The notes under the pieces were generated by a model. That model worked only from the letters and a program-made list of their open reading frames with translations. It was not told where the DNA came from and did no database searches. A program made the translations under genes and the position numbers. Below, piece by piece: positions 46,501-54,488 of a DNA stretch of 64,000 nucleotides. Positions within the stretch are counted from its first letter, which is position 1. Each line of letters starts with the position of its first letter. Source of the DNA: Rhabdothermincola salaria (GTDB lineage Bacteria; Actinomycetota; Acidimicrobiia; Acidimicrobiales; Acidimicrobilacustridaceae); contig NZ_JAJQXW010000002.1 of assembly GCF_021246445.1 (NCBI RefSeq), positions 496,001 to 560,000 of the forward strand, in the 5' to 3' direction.

Positions 46501-49500
46501 GGCGGCGAGCCCGGCAGCCTCTCCGGACTGCTCCGTCTCGAGGGCGGCCAGGTCGCCGAAGGAGGCCTCGCCATCTCCGGCGTGCAGGTGGCAGGCCTCG
46601 TGACCATCGACGAGCTCGAGCTCGCCGTGGACATCCGCGACGAACAGCTCGGCTGGACCGGCGCCGCCCAGGTGACGAGCGGGGGCACCACCATCTCGGG
46701 GCAGGTGGCCATGAGCTGGGAGGAGGGCACCCTGGTGGCGGCCGACCTCGGGTTGGGCACGGTCCCGCTCAGCCAGGGACTCGCCCTCGAGAGCTTCCAG
46801 CTGACCTACCCGGCCACGGTCTCGGGCCTCGACGGCTGGGCGGCCGGTGGCTCGGTCCGTCACGAGGGCGGGCTCTCCGCGCTGTCGGGCTCGCTGGCCT
46901 TCGTCGACGGCCGCCCCACCCGCGGGTCGCTCACCGCCGAGGGCGTGCAGTTCGGTCCGTTGGCCCTCGACCAGTTCGCCCTCGCCGTCACCGAGGACGA
47001 GCTCGAATCCTGTGGCGCCACCGTCCCGGCCTCGGCCAGCGGCGCGGTCACCTACGCCCTGTCCGCCACGGTCGGCCACGGCGACGGCACCACCGCGTCG
47101 CTGGGTGGGCACTTCACCATCGACGGCGGCCGCCTCACCGGCGGCTCGGCCTGCGGCAGTGGCATCCGCATCGCCGAGATCGCCGTGCTCGACGACGCCC
47201 ACTTCGCCTACACGGGCCCCTCGCCCGGCGATCCGGTCGAGCGGTGGAGTGGCGGGGCCAGCCTGCGCAACACCGACGGGGCCCTCGCCTCGGCGTCGGT
47301 GGCCTTCGGCCTCGACGAGGGACGCCTGGACTCGTTCGCCCTCGAAGCCGGCGGTCTTCGCCTCGGCGACATCCTCGACCTGCGCGACCTCGAGATCACC
47401 TACGACGGCTCTCGCCAGGCCAGCGAGTGGTTCGTCGCCGCCGACGTGGCCCGCCCGGGCGACGACGGCACCCAGCTGACGGGCGCCCTCATCGTCGACC
47501 GGGGTGTGGCCGTGGCCGGGGGGTTCCAGGTGGCCAACCTCCCGCTGGGCAACCTCACCACCCTCGACGACCTCTCCTTCGAGTACGTGGGACGCCGGGC
47601 GCCCCAGTCCCTCCCGCAGGTGGGTGAGGGCACCGGGTTCGCCCTGACCGGCACGCCCGAGTGCTCCTCCATCCCCAGCAGTGCCATCAACGTCCCCACC
47701 GGACCGCCCACCACGGAGGGCTCCGAGGCCTACTTCGCGGCGTCGGCCAGCGTCACCCACAAGGGCGACACCTACGCCGCTCGCGGCTCGTTGGGTCTCG
47801 ACGACGGCCGCCTCTCGGCGTTCGACCTCACGATCGCCTGCCTGCCCGTCGGCGACATGGTGCGCCTCGAGGACGTCCGCCTCGCCCTCACCCAGGAGGG
47901 ATCCTTCCGACTCGGTGGTCGCCTCGGGCTGGAGGACGAGCTGGTCACCTTCTACGGGTCCATGACCTTCGACGACGGCCGGCTGGTGGGCGGGGGCCTG
48001 AAGCTGGGCGGCGTGCCCTTCGGTCCCGTCACCCTCGAGCTGCTCGAGTTCTCCCTCGGCCAGGACCTCGACGGCACCTCGACCTGGGGTGCGGGCCTGG
48101 CGGTGAGCGGCCCCGACGGCAACACCATCGGGGGCAGCGGATCGGTCACCGTCGACGACGGGCGCATCGTGGCCGGATCGGTGACGGTGTCGCAGCTGCC
48201 CGTGTTCGGGCTGGTCACCATCTCCGATCTCCAACTGGCCTTCGCCGACACCGCCGAGGGGCTCGAGCTCAGCGGCTCGGGCGGGGTCAAGACCATCGGT
48301 GGGCAGACCTCCAGCATGGATGTGGAGCTCGAGTTCGAACGGGGGCGTCTCGTCGGGGGCTCGCTGGCGGCGGACAACCTGCTGTTCTTCGACGCACTGC
48401 CGATCAAGGCCTTCTCGATCGGCTTCAGCCCCGACGGTGGCTGGGAGGGCTCGGTGAGCACCGCCCTCGACGACCTCCCGAGCGGTCCCTCGATCGTGGT
48501 CGCCATCGAGACCGATGGCCAGCGCCTCACCGGCGGGGCCCTCGGCTTCGACGCCGATGGGGACGGCAACCCGGACATGCCCACCGGCAACAACGTCCCG
48601 GCCTCGGGCAACGGCACCCTGGCGGTCTTTCCCCTCAAGGCCTTCTACATCAGCTACTGCCCCGACGGCTCCACCCGGGAGGGCTGCGACGGCTTCGGCG
48701 ACGTCTGGGAGGGCGCCCTCGCCATCGAGCTGCCCACCCCCAACCCCGTCGGCATCGCCGGGTCGGTCACCATCCGCGACAACCGCCTGGTCGGGGCGTC
48801 GCTGTCGGCGACGGGGCTCGGCATCCCGCTCTTCACCGGGGTCACCCTCGACAGCGTGGGGGCCGGGTTCTCCAAGGACCCGAACCTGATCATGACCGGC
48901 TCGATGGGTGCGAGGGTGGGGCCGCCGGCGGTGCCCTTCATGCAGCTCGACGGCTCGCTGCAGTTTTCCGAGCAGCCCGACTGGGACCCGTCGACCCCCT
49001 ACGACGAGTACCAGGCCCAGTGGCTCCGCTTCCTGTTGCGGGCCAACGCCACCTTCTTCGGTCTGCCCGTCACCGCTGGCGGCTACATCGACATCGACAC
49101 CCGGGGCTACGCCGGGTTCGGTGGCCGGGTGAGCGCCAAGCCGATCAAGCAGATCGAGATCCTCGGCATGGTCCGGGCCGCGGTGTTCAACGCCAACAAC
49201 ATGGACCTCACCAACCCGGACACCGGTCAGCCCCTCACCGGGGTCGGCTTCCAGGCCGAGGGCACGGTGGAGGTCACCGCCTTCGGCCTCGGGCCCGCCG
49301 GCGGCACCGTGTTGATCAACAACGTCGGCCTCGGCGCCTGTGCCTACCTCGGCCAGAACCACCGGATCGGCGGCGGCTTCTACTGGGACCGGCCCGTCCG
49401 GTCGTTGCGCTTCCGCTGCGACATGGGTCGCTACGAGATCGTCGGCGTGTTCAACGACGACGTCTTCGATCCCGCAGCCGGGGTGTCGCTCGCGTCCACC

Positions 49501-50931
49501 GCCGACCTGCCGGAGGGACGGTCGGGGGTCGCCTCCGGGCAGGTCACCCACCGCTTCGAGGTCGGGCCCGGTGAACCCCTCATCGGCATCCAGATCTTCA
49601 CCGACGACGGCGTGCCCGACTACGCCGTCATCGCCCCGGACGGCACCCGCTACGAGAACCCGACGACCGGCGACTTCGACCGCGAGGGCCACCTGCTGGT
49701 CCGCGACGACGAAGGTCAGCACGTCCTCATCGAGGACCCCCAGGAAGGCATCTGGCTCCTCGAGCGGCGCGACGGCTCGCCGATGGCCGCCGAGGTGGTG
49801 ACCTCCGCGGTGCTCCCGGACGTCGAGGTCGACACCCAGCTCACCCAGGAGGACGACCGGGTGCGGGTGGGATACAGCGTCGGTCGCATCGACGGCCAAG
49901 AGGTGCTGTTCATCGAGCGCAGCTCCGACCCCGACGACGAGTACCAGGCGGTCGTCGGGGGCATCAAGGCCGAGGGTGGCGCTCTGGGCCCGTCCAGCAC
50001 CCAGCCGGGGGAGCCTCGGGGCATGGGCATCGCCTCGGTGGACGGCTACGAGGAGGGGACCATCGAGTTCACGCCCGGGGGTTCCCCTGCGGCCTCCGAG
50101 CGGGAGCTGGTGGCGGTGGTGATGCAGGACGGCATCCCCCGCGAGACGATCGTGGTGGACACCTTCACCGCCCCCGCCGCCGATCCGGCCTCGGCCCCCA
50201 CCGGCCTCCAGGTGACCGAGGTCGAGGGCGGGGCGCTCGTGCGCTGGTCGCCGCCGGCCGACGACGGCGGTCGCCAGATCGTCGGCTACCGCATCCAGTC
50301 CGACCTGGGCCTCAGCGTGGGCGCCGGCCCCGACGGGACCGAGGTGGTCCTGCCCATCCCGGCCATGGCCCCGGGCAAGGAGGTGCCCGTGGTGGTCCAG
50401 GCCGTCACCGGCGCCGGGCACGGTGCCCCCGTGGTGGGGTCGTTCGTGGCCACCCAGACCACCGACCTCCAGTACATCCCGCTGGGCGCCACCGGAGGTC
50501 CCGGCGACCCGACCGATCCGACCGATCCCACCGATCCGACCGATCCGACCGATCCGACCGATCCGACCGATCCGACCGATCCGACCGATCCGACCGATCC
50601 GACCGATCCGACCGATCCGGGTGGTCCAGCCGACCCGACGGATCCGGGGGGCCCCACGGAGCCGGGCCCGACCGATCCGGGCGACCCGGGCGATCCGGGC
50701 GTCCGGGACGACCCCGGTCCGACCGACCCGGCCCAGCCCGTGGCGCCGGGCCCCGACGTCGGATCGACCGGAGCCCAGGACGACACCGGTGAGGGCCGCG
50801 AACAAGCCGGAACGCTTGCCTACACCGGTTCGTCGGACCCCACGCCGCTCATCCTGGTCGGGGTGCTGCTGTTGTCGCTCGGGGCCGGCGTGGCCATGGT
50901 CGGCCTCCGCCGCGGCCGCACCGAGGAGTGA
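40555..50931 (+). CDS. Giant (3458 aa) secreted, sortase-anchored repetitive beta-rich surface protein with FN3 domain (copy B)
   Basis: Same architecture as 6068-16447; C-terminal LAYTG + TM helix + RRGR tail (LAXTG class-E sortase-type signal). Confidence 0.9.
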   Translation: MEPLDPARDLTARARGARARLWWAFAALAAVGVLSLVAGVAGGSRSTWGEGDVPTVAAIEVGTDGSRAVRVTWPTPSATPETIELVRVVGITTTVVATGPGDVRELVDPSVPEGQQVAYQVRAIMEGQQAGLLRGPVVIVGADAVRCTIAWTGAAGDAWGDVRNWAPVLVDGQGDPTPRLPQASDAACIHARHNLPVTVAGSQPSVGSLDAPAGITEAVLSMASGDLEVLGEFDAQRVHMDGGTLALRSGGRILASAGVNLALQGGTLELGGTLQVSNGNNGEVRLDDGADVAVVGGRLLVDDLRIGPPTAGLPADATLLAAGGHVLEVDDARINGRVDLVVGDGGATLGARDLDVYRNGGDGRVTIGWSVAGRGTSATPATIRVRDTSELNLTDMAALGGGDDHLEDVALEVEGPLRFDEPVGSIDRLTLTGAAAQVSSGGAPTPYAGLAEVGHLTAFSATAAWPGDLAVDRLEVYGSELLVAGTLGDRPGGGFALTTFESVLGSSTPLVLPVDAALDMGFGESVFEGDLVVEGVLPLDRLVDFTQPPFLRVRGDVTVRPGGEVAIVEGKGGLEVLGDLSLDDGSTLRATLETALAADEERRLVAAGSVEGDVRSVVLQGPGADVADAELRGDGIWVVGSTGDPGGPGGPGGPGDPGDPGDPGGPGDPGDPGDPGDPECTRDLPSVVGLGLQGCWADRGDGTYVAGIVAAPDGALPGIGGIVIEPSASAALLLDLRDPAAPTLRSVLRADEAQLGEASVTVPILGAGNDGAAVEGTSGPASGPASIDLGTFGIDWDLAEIIDLDAVGALLGVPVPDGVKLWVEQGAWRLAASLGLPDVLGGGRADLVAPIAPDGLDPADLGVEGIAEAVLAELGGLRDLALTWVGDTTWAIVSAVGDPFAIDGQVTYDGGLSAGTLVVSGLTVAGMGDPDAEVTLTFDRTEGTWSGLYVVPSGERLSVELTTDGTSLVAGSVELAGLELGVATVEDLMLSWAGSSWAVSGSVTTLDGGGTLSGTLDVDDGEVRTVELTLVASLGPLGRVEPFAFSYVADAEVLPDGTELAEGSDLYLLDGTVHSGGETSTLTGYLVMQGGQTARAELDADLALGELAGLDGLLSFDPAESPDWLLTGRDGARSATLTCGGGQSEIFGSLRLSAGGPTAGRLEADGLCFGFAQLTSVVLDIAPEEDGTAFDLTARLAQQSDDDAEVTGRLHLVEGRIEEAVLVTPEATLEGLVTVPAAQLTLTREGDVERWEARIDAGSGALRHLELAWRDGSLVGAEVHLGPDGEDGSPVASWGWLSVAELHLVYDGVAEEWLVDGRLATPDVAVTGELDLLDGRLVSGELHVDGAQLGPIATMDLTMTVDATIDRRLALSGSLVGPAFDGARALDGELVFTPTGALDSGRLGIPLLPVGELATITDLEMAFEVGGLWSLAGSIVGGDGRPLNTVAGSLEVDDGEVVAAHLALGRLSLGPASIEDLELSLLRRTGDDNRTGQWAVSGVVDAPVTIEPDRDPTADPEPVAGRLTLRDGRVTGFEMQVPFLEIGGLAYLRDLELGYSYDADDDLATVSGGAELATADDLGPVDASFSVSLRDGRIVDASVAADGLPLGGLFTLTDLLLTTDAVDPLTTCPGLEGPVPDPDRPDLRIWALSATVGQDQVPVSGCVGIDDGVLVAADIQLGSVQLTDLFRFEDVGLTYDSLEQVPLEGTDRVLTRTTLDVSATVIAGTNDPLVVGGQATVMDGGLESFGVGIGTLPLVGGVELRQLRVDYAQPGRWDGESDTTFALSGAALHEGGTTAVEGSFRLAAAGLGGRVLEASVEILDLPVGPMTLDRFAVEYLDDDGATSWGIGGEVTVADGETYGIDGAAAVADGRLQSASLTIPRLPIYDQLLLQDLSFAYDLDPDSGSAQWSGTGSVAGTRGGGGGAPTASVDLLIDDQGRLVDGEITAGNVAWGGLFALEDFTLTTTAGPPGDRFWTAAASVSVSGGEPGSLSGLLRLEGGQVAEGGLAISGVQVAGLVTIDELELAVDIRDEQLGWTGAAQVTSGGTTISGQVAMSWEEGTLVAADLGLGTVPLSQGLALESFQLTYPATVSGLDGWAAGGSVRHEGGLSALSGSLAFVDGRPTRGSLTAEGVQFGPLALDQFALAVTEDELESCGATVPASASGAVTYALSATVGHGDGTTASLGGHFTIDGGRLTGGSACGSGIRIAEIAVLDDAHFAYTGPSPGDPVERWSGGASLRNTDGALASASVAFGLDEGRLDSFALEAGGLRLGDILDLRDLEITYDGSRQASEWFVAADVARPGDDGTQLTGALIVDRGVAVAGGFQVANLPLGNLTTLDDLSFEYVGRRAPQSLPQVGEGTGFALTGTPECSSIPSSAINVPTGPPTTEGSEAYFAASASVTHKGDTYAARGSLGLDDGRLSAFDLTIACLPVGDMVRLEDVRLALTQEGSFRLGGRLGLEDELVTFYGSMTFDDGRLVGGGLKLGGVPFGPVTLELLEFSLGQDLDGTSTWGAGLAVSGPDGNTIGGSGSVTVDDGRIVAGSVTVSQLPVFGLVTISDLQLAFADTAEGLELSGSGGVKTIGGQTSSMDVELEFERGRLVGGSLAADNLLFFDALPIKAFSIGFSPDGGWEGSVSTALDDLPSGPSIVVAIETDGQRLTGGALGFDADGDGNPDMPTGNNVPASGNGTLAVFPLKAFYISYCPDGSTREGCDGFGDVWEGALAIELPTPNPVGIAGSVTIRDNRLVGASLSATGLGIPLFTGVTLDSVGAGFSKDPNLIMTGSMGARVGPPAVPFMQLDGSLQFSEQPDWDPSTPYDEYQAQWLRFLLRANATFFGLPVTAGGYIDIDTRGYAGFGGRVSAKPIKQIEILGMVRAAVFNANNMDLTNPDTGQPLTGVGFQAEGTVEVTAFGLGPAGGTVLINNVGLGACAYLGQNHRIGGGFYWDRPVRSLRFRCDMGRYEIVGVFNDDVFDPAAGVSLASTADLPEGRSGVASGQVTHRFEVGPGEPLIGIQIFTDDGVPDYAVIAPDGTRYENPTTGDFDREGHLLVRDDEGQHVLIEDPQEGIWLLERRDGSPMAAEVVTSAVLPDVEVDTQLTQEDDRVRVGYSVGRIDGQEVLFIERSSDPDDEYQAVVGGIKAEGGALGPSSTQPGEPRGMGIASVDGYEEGTIEFTPGGSPAASERELVAVVMQDGIPRETIVVDTFTAPAADPASAPTGLQVTEVEGGALVRWSPPADDGGRQIVGYRIQSDLGLSVGAGPDGTEVVLPIPAMAPGKEVPVVVQAVTGAGHGAPVVGSFVATQTTDLQYIPLGATGGPGDPTDPTDPTDPTDPTDPTDPTDPTDPTDPTDPTDPTDPGGPADPTDPGGPTEPGPTDPGDPGDPGVRDDPGPTDPAQPVAPGPDVGSTGAQDDTGEGREQAGTLAYTGSSDPTPLILVGVLLLSLGAGVAMVGLRRGRTEE
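42481..42588 (+). repeat. Intragenic 9-bp tandem repeat encoding (G[D/G]P)12
   Basis: GGTGATCCG / GGCGGTCCG units read directly. Confidence 0.95.
50506..50619 (+). repeat. Intragenic 9-bp tandem repeat encoding (DPT)12DP
   Basis: GATCCGACC units read directly. Confidence 0.95.
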
Positions 50932-51017
50932 TGGTCGGCGGCCACGTCTCGTCGACAGGCCGAGCGCCTCCTCCTCGGGCAGGCGGGACGCGACGCTGAC
51001 CGGCGACGATGATCCTG

Positions 51018-52115
51018 TCAGCCGAGCTCGGCGAAGAACGCCCTCACGTCGTCCACGAAGACCGCCGGTGCCTCCATGGCCGCGAAGTGGCCACCGCGTG
51101 CCGGGTGGGACCAGCGCACCACCTCGTAGGCGGCGTCCACCCAGGCGCGGGGTGGGTAGCTGATCTCCCCGGGGAACTGGGCCACCGCCGTGGGTACCTC
51201 GATCCGTCGTTGCGGCGAGGCCCCGGGGCCGGCCTGGCGGGCCTCCCAGTAGATCCGCAGCGACGAGGTGGCGGTGGCCGTCACCCAATAGGCGGTGATG
51301 TTGTCGAGGAGGCGGTCCATGGTGAAGGCCCCCTCCAGGTCGGCGTCGCTCCACTCGCGAAACTTCTCGACGATCCACGCCGCCAGCGCGGCAGGTGAGT
51401 CCTCGAGGCCGTAGCCCAGCGACTGCGGCCGCGTGCCCTGGATCTCCTGGTAGCCCTGCCCGGTGCGACGCCACTCGCGTACCCGCTGCTTCATGGCCTG
51501 CTCTTCGGCCGTGAGCTCGACGTCGCGCAGCACCGGAACCCCCGCCACCATGGTCAGGTGCAGGCCCACCACCCGTTCGGGGTGCAGGTCGGCGAGGTTG
51601 GCCGACACCATCGAGCCCCAGTCGCCGCCCTGCAGCCCGTAGCGGGGGTAGCCGAGGCGCTCCATGATCTGGGCGAAGGCGGCCGCGATGCGGCGCGGAT
51701 GCCAGCCTCGCCGCGTGGTCGGGCCCGAGAACGTGAACCCGGGCAGCGACGGCGCCACCACGTGGAAGTCCTCGGTGAGGGGGTCGAGCACGTCGAGGAA
51801 CTCCATCACCGAGCCCGGCCACCCGTGCGTGAGCAGGAGCGGCACGGCCTCCGGGTTGGAGGACCGGGTGTGGACCAGGTGGACGCGCTGGCCCTCCACC
51901 TCGGTGACGAGCTGGGGGAAGGCGTTGAGCCGGGCTTCCGTGGCCCGCCAGTCGTAGCGGCTCTGCCAGTGCTCGAGCAGCGACCCCAGGTACTCGCGTT
52001 CGGTGCCCTGCTCCCAGCCGACGCCCTCCACCTGGTTCGGCAGCCGGGTCCGGGCGAGGCGGGCCCGGAGATCGTCGAGGACCGGGTCGGGTACCGCCAC
52101 CGTGAAGGCCTGCAT
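51018..52115 (-). CDS. Epoxide hydrolase family alpha/beta hydrolase (with EHN N-terminus)
   Basis: LDDLRARL...YDWRATEARLN, HGWPGS, PSLPGF, QGGDWGS, GGHFAAME. Confidence 0.93.
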   Translation of the reverse strand: MQAFTVAVPDPVLDDLRARLARTRLPNQVEGVGWEQGTEREYLGSLLEHWQSRYDWRATEARLNAFPQLVTEVEGQRVHLVHTRSSNPEAVPLLLTHGWPGSVMEFLDVLDPLTEDFHVVAPSLPGFTFSGPTTRRGWHPRRIAAAFAQIMERLGYPRYGLQGGDWGSMVSANLADLHPERVVGLHLTMVAGVPVLRDVELTAEEQAMKQRVREWRRTGQGYQEIQGTRPQSLGYGLEDSPAALAAWIVEKFREWSDADLEGAFTMDRLLDNITAYWVTATATSSLRIYWEARQAGPGASPQRRIEVPTAVAQFPGEISYPPRAWVDAAYEVVRWSHPARGGHFAAMEAPAVFVDDVRAFFAELG

Positions 52116-52227
52116 GACCCGGGACGCTACCGATCAGCCACGGTGGGTGGGGTTCCGCGGGGTGGGAGGGGTGGGACCCGACGCCTGCCTTTTGTGGGGG
52201 TCTCGTGGTCGCGGCCAAGGTGACCGG

Positions 52228-53037
52228 GTGGAAGAGCCTGCTCTGTACCTGCCCGACGGCGACGCCTTCGTGGGCACCAACCTCATCCAAGGCGGGTGGA
52301 ACCCCGACGAAGCCAACGGGGCCGCCGTGCTGGCCCTGCTCGGGCACTGCCTCGAGGACGTCCCCACTCTGGTGCCGATGACCGTGAGTCGTTTCACCGC
52401 CGATCTCGTTCGTCCGGTGCCGCTGGGCCGTCCGTTGCGGGTCACGACATCGATCCGGCGGGAGGGCAAGAAGATCCAGGTGGTGGAGCTGCAGCTGCTC
52501 GTCGGAGAGGTGGAGCACGTCCGGGCCACGGTCCTGCGCCTGCGCGACGCCGACCTGACCGGCGGTCGTCTCCCGGCCAGCACCACCGATGCCCGCCCGG
52601 CTGACGCGCTCGTGCCGGTGGAAGCGGTGTCGGGCCCTCGAGAGGCCCACCCCGACGGTCCGGGCTACCTGCCGGGGTTCCTCCAGGGCATCGACCTGCG
52701 TCGGGCGCCCACGGTCGACGGCACGTCGTTCGGGAGTTGGGTGCGCCTCGAGGCGAGCGTCGTGGCCGGTGAGCCGATCCGGTCGACGTCACGGCTCACC
52801 GTGGGGTTCGACTTCGCCAACCTCATCGGGGTGAACGACCACGTCCCGACGGTGACGATGATCAACCCCGACGTGACCGCGCACGTGCTGCGGGCCCCCG
52901 TCGACGACTGGATCGCCGTCACCGGCGACACCCGGTTCAACCCGGCGATGGGCCGGGGTGTGTCGTCGGCTGCGCTGAGCGACAGCCAGGGCGTGTTCGC
53001 CACGGCCTCGGTGTCCCAGCTGCTCCAGTACCGCTGA
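52228..53037 (+). CDS. Acyl-CoA thioesterase family (double hotdog) protein
   Basis: GGW...NGAAVLALL, RFTADLVRPVP, REGKKIQVV, MINPDVTAHVLR; probable GTG start 52228. Confidence 0.82.
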   Translation: MEEPALYLPDGDAFVGTNLIQGGWNPDEANGAAVLALLGHCLEDVPTLVPMTVSRFTADLVRPVPLGRPLRVTTSIRREGKKIQVVELQLLVGEVEHVRATVLRLRDADLTGGRLPASTTDARPADALVPVEAVSGPREAHPDGPGYLPGFLQGIDLRRAPTVDGTSFGSWVRLEASVVAGEPIRSTSRLTVGFDFANLIGVNDHVPTVTMINPDVTAHVLRAPVDDWIAVTGDTRFNPAMGRGVSSAALSDSQGVFATASVSQLLQYR

Positions 53038-53050
53038 GCGGGCGCGGGTC

Positions 53051-54367
53051 TCAGCTCTCGAGGTCGACGTCGGTGGGCAGCGGCACCCGCTCGTGGCGAG
53101 GGTGGGTCTCGTACATGCGGACCAGGACCACCGCACCCGAGGCGGCGGTGAGGGCGGCGACGGCCCAGATGGCGATCCGCACGTTGAACACGTCGGCGAG
53201 GATGCCGGCCATCAGGGCACCGACGGCGTAGCCCATGTCGCGCCAGAGCCGGTAGATGCCCACGGCGCGGGCCCGCCAGGTGGGGTGGGCCACGTCACCG
53301 ATGGCGGCCAGCAGCGTCGGGTACACCATGGCGGTGCCGGCGCCGAGCAGTATGGCTCCGGCGGCCCAGGGCCCGAAGCCCTCGGTGGCGGCGATCCACC
53401 CGATGGCCACGGCCTGGGTGAGCATGCCGCCGACGATGAGCGGCTTGCGGCCGATGCGGTCCGACAACCCGCCGGTGATCAGCTGCCCGAGGCCCCACAC
53501 CGCGGGGTAGAGGGCGGCGAGCACGCCGATGCGACCCACCGAGAGCCCGGCCGCGGCGAAGTAGAGGGGGAACAGCCCCCAGGCGAGGCCGTCGTTGAGG
53601 TTGTTGACCAACCCGGCCTGCGAGCAGGACGACAGCGCCTTCTCGCGGAACGAGGTGAGCACGAAGATGCGCCGGGTGGTGAGCGCATCGTGGAGCTCGC
53701 TGTTCGTGGTGGTGTGGTTGGCGGCCTCGTGGCGGGCATGGCCGTGGGTCTCGCGCACGAACGCCACGGACAGCCCGAGGCCGAGCGCGGCGAAGGCGAT
53801 GCCCAGGTAGAAGGGCTCCGGGCGAAGCCCGTACTCGGCGGCGATGAACCCGGTGGCCAGGGCCGCCAAGGCCACTGCGCCGTAGCCGGCGGCCTCGTTG
53901 AAGCCCATGGCCAGACCTCGTCGGGCGGGGCCGACGAGGTCGATCTTCATGATGACGGTGGTCGACCAGGTCAGCCCCTGGTTGATGCCGAGCAGGACGT
54001 TGGCGAACACCACCCAGCCCCACGACGGTGCCCAGATGATCATCAACGGCACGGGGATGGCGATGATCCAGCCGACGACGAGGACCGGCTTGCGGCCGAA
54101 GCGGTCCGAGAGGGTGCCGGCGAAGAAGTTGGTGATGGCCTTCACCAGGCCGAAGGCCATGATGAACGTGAGGGTCGTGGAGAAGGCGGTGAGGCCGAAG
54201 GCCTCCTCGGCCAACAGGGGCAGGACGGTGCGCTCCTGGCCGATCATGCCGCCCACGAGGGCGTTCACCGCGACGAGGAGGAGGAACTGGCCCAGGTTCT
54301 CCCGGAGGCCGAGGCGGATGCCGGGCCGCGGGCCCGTGCCCGGCGCCGGGGTGGCGGGAATCGTCAT
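53051..54367 (-). CDS. MFS transporter
   Basis: GTLSDRFGRK and GGLSDRIGRK motif A in both halves; about 12 TM; start MTIP at 54367. Confidence 0.92.
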   Translation of the reverse strand: MTIPATPAPGTGPRPGIRLGLRENLGQFLLLVAVNALVGGMIGQERTVLPLLAEEAFGLTAFSTTLTFIMAFGLVKAITNFFAGTLSDRFGRKPVLVVGWIIAIPVPLMIIWAPSWGWVVFANVLLGINQGLTWSTTVIMKIDLVGPARRGLAMGFNEAAGYGAVALAALATGFIAAEYGLRPEPFYLGIAFAALGLGLSVAFVRETHGHARHEAANHTTTNSELHDALTTRRIFVLTSFREKALSSCSQAGLVNNLNDGLAWGLFPLYFAAAGLSVGRIGVLAALYPAVWGLGQLITGGLSDRIGRKPLIVGGMLTQAVAIGWIAATEGFGPWAAGAILLGAGTAMVYPTLLAAIGDVAHPTWRARAVGIYRLWRDMGYAVGALMAGILADVFNVRIAIWAVAALTAASGAVVLVRMYETHPRHERVPLPTDVDLES

Positions 54368-54427
54368 CGCCGGCCCCCGACGCGGTGTCCTCCGACCCAT
54401 GCGGCCATCGACGTCAGCCTCCTGATG

Positions 54428-54485
54428 CTCAAATGATGGTTTGAGGATAAGGGTGGAGCGGCGAAGAATCAAACGATAACTTGAG
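54428..54485. promoter_or_regulatory. Two TCAA-N8-TTGA palindromes, putative ArsR-family operators in the divergent promoter
   Basis: CTCAAA-TGATGG-TTTGAG (54428-54445) and TCAA-ACGATAAC-TTGA (54469-54484), 40 bp apart; the second overlaps the RBS of the regulator. Confidence 0.7.
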
Positions 54486-54488
54486 GAC

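Noticed and set aside
3196..50931. Duplicated cassette as a mobile element or assembly duplication
   Set aside because: Copies are heavily diverged; no transposase, integrase, terminal repeats or obvious GC shift seen.
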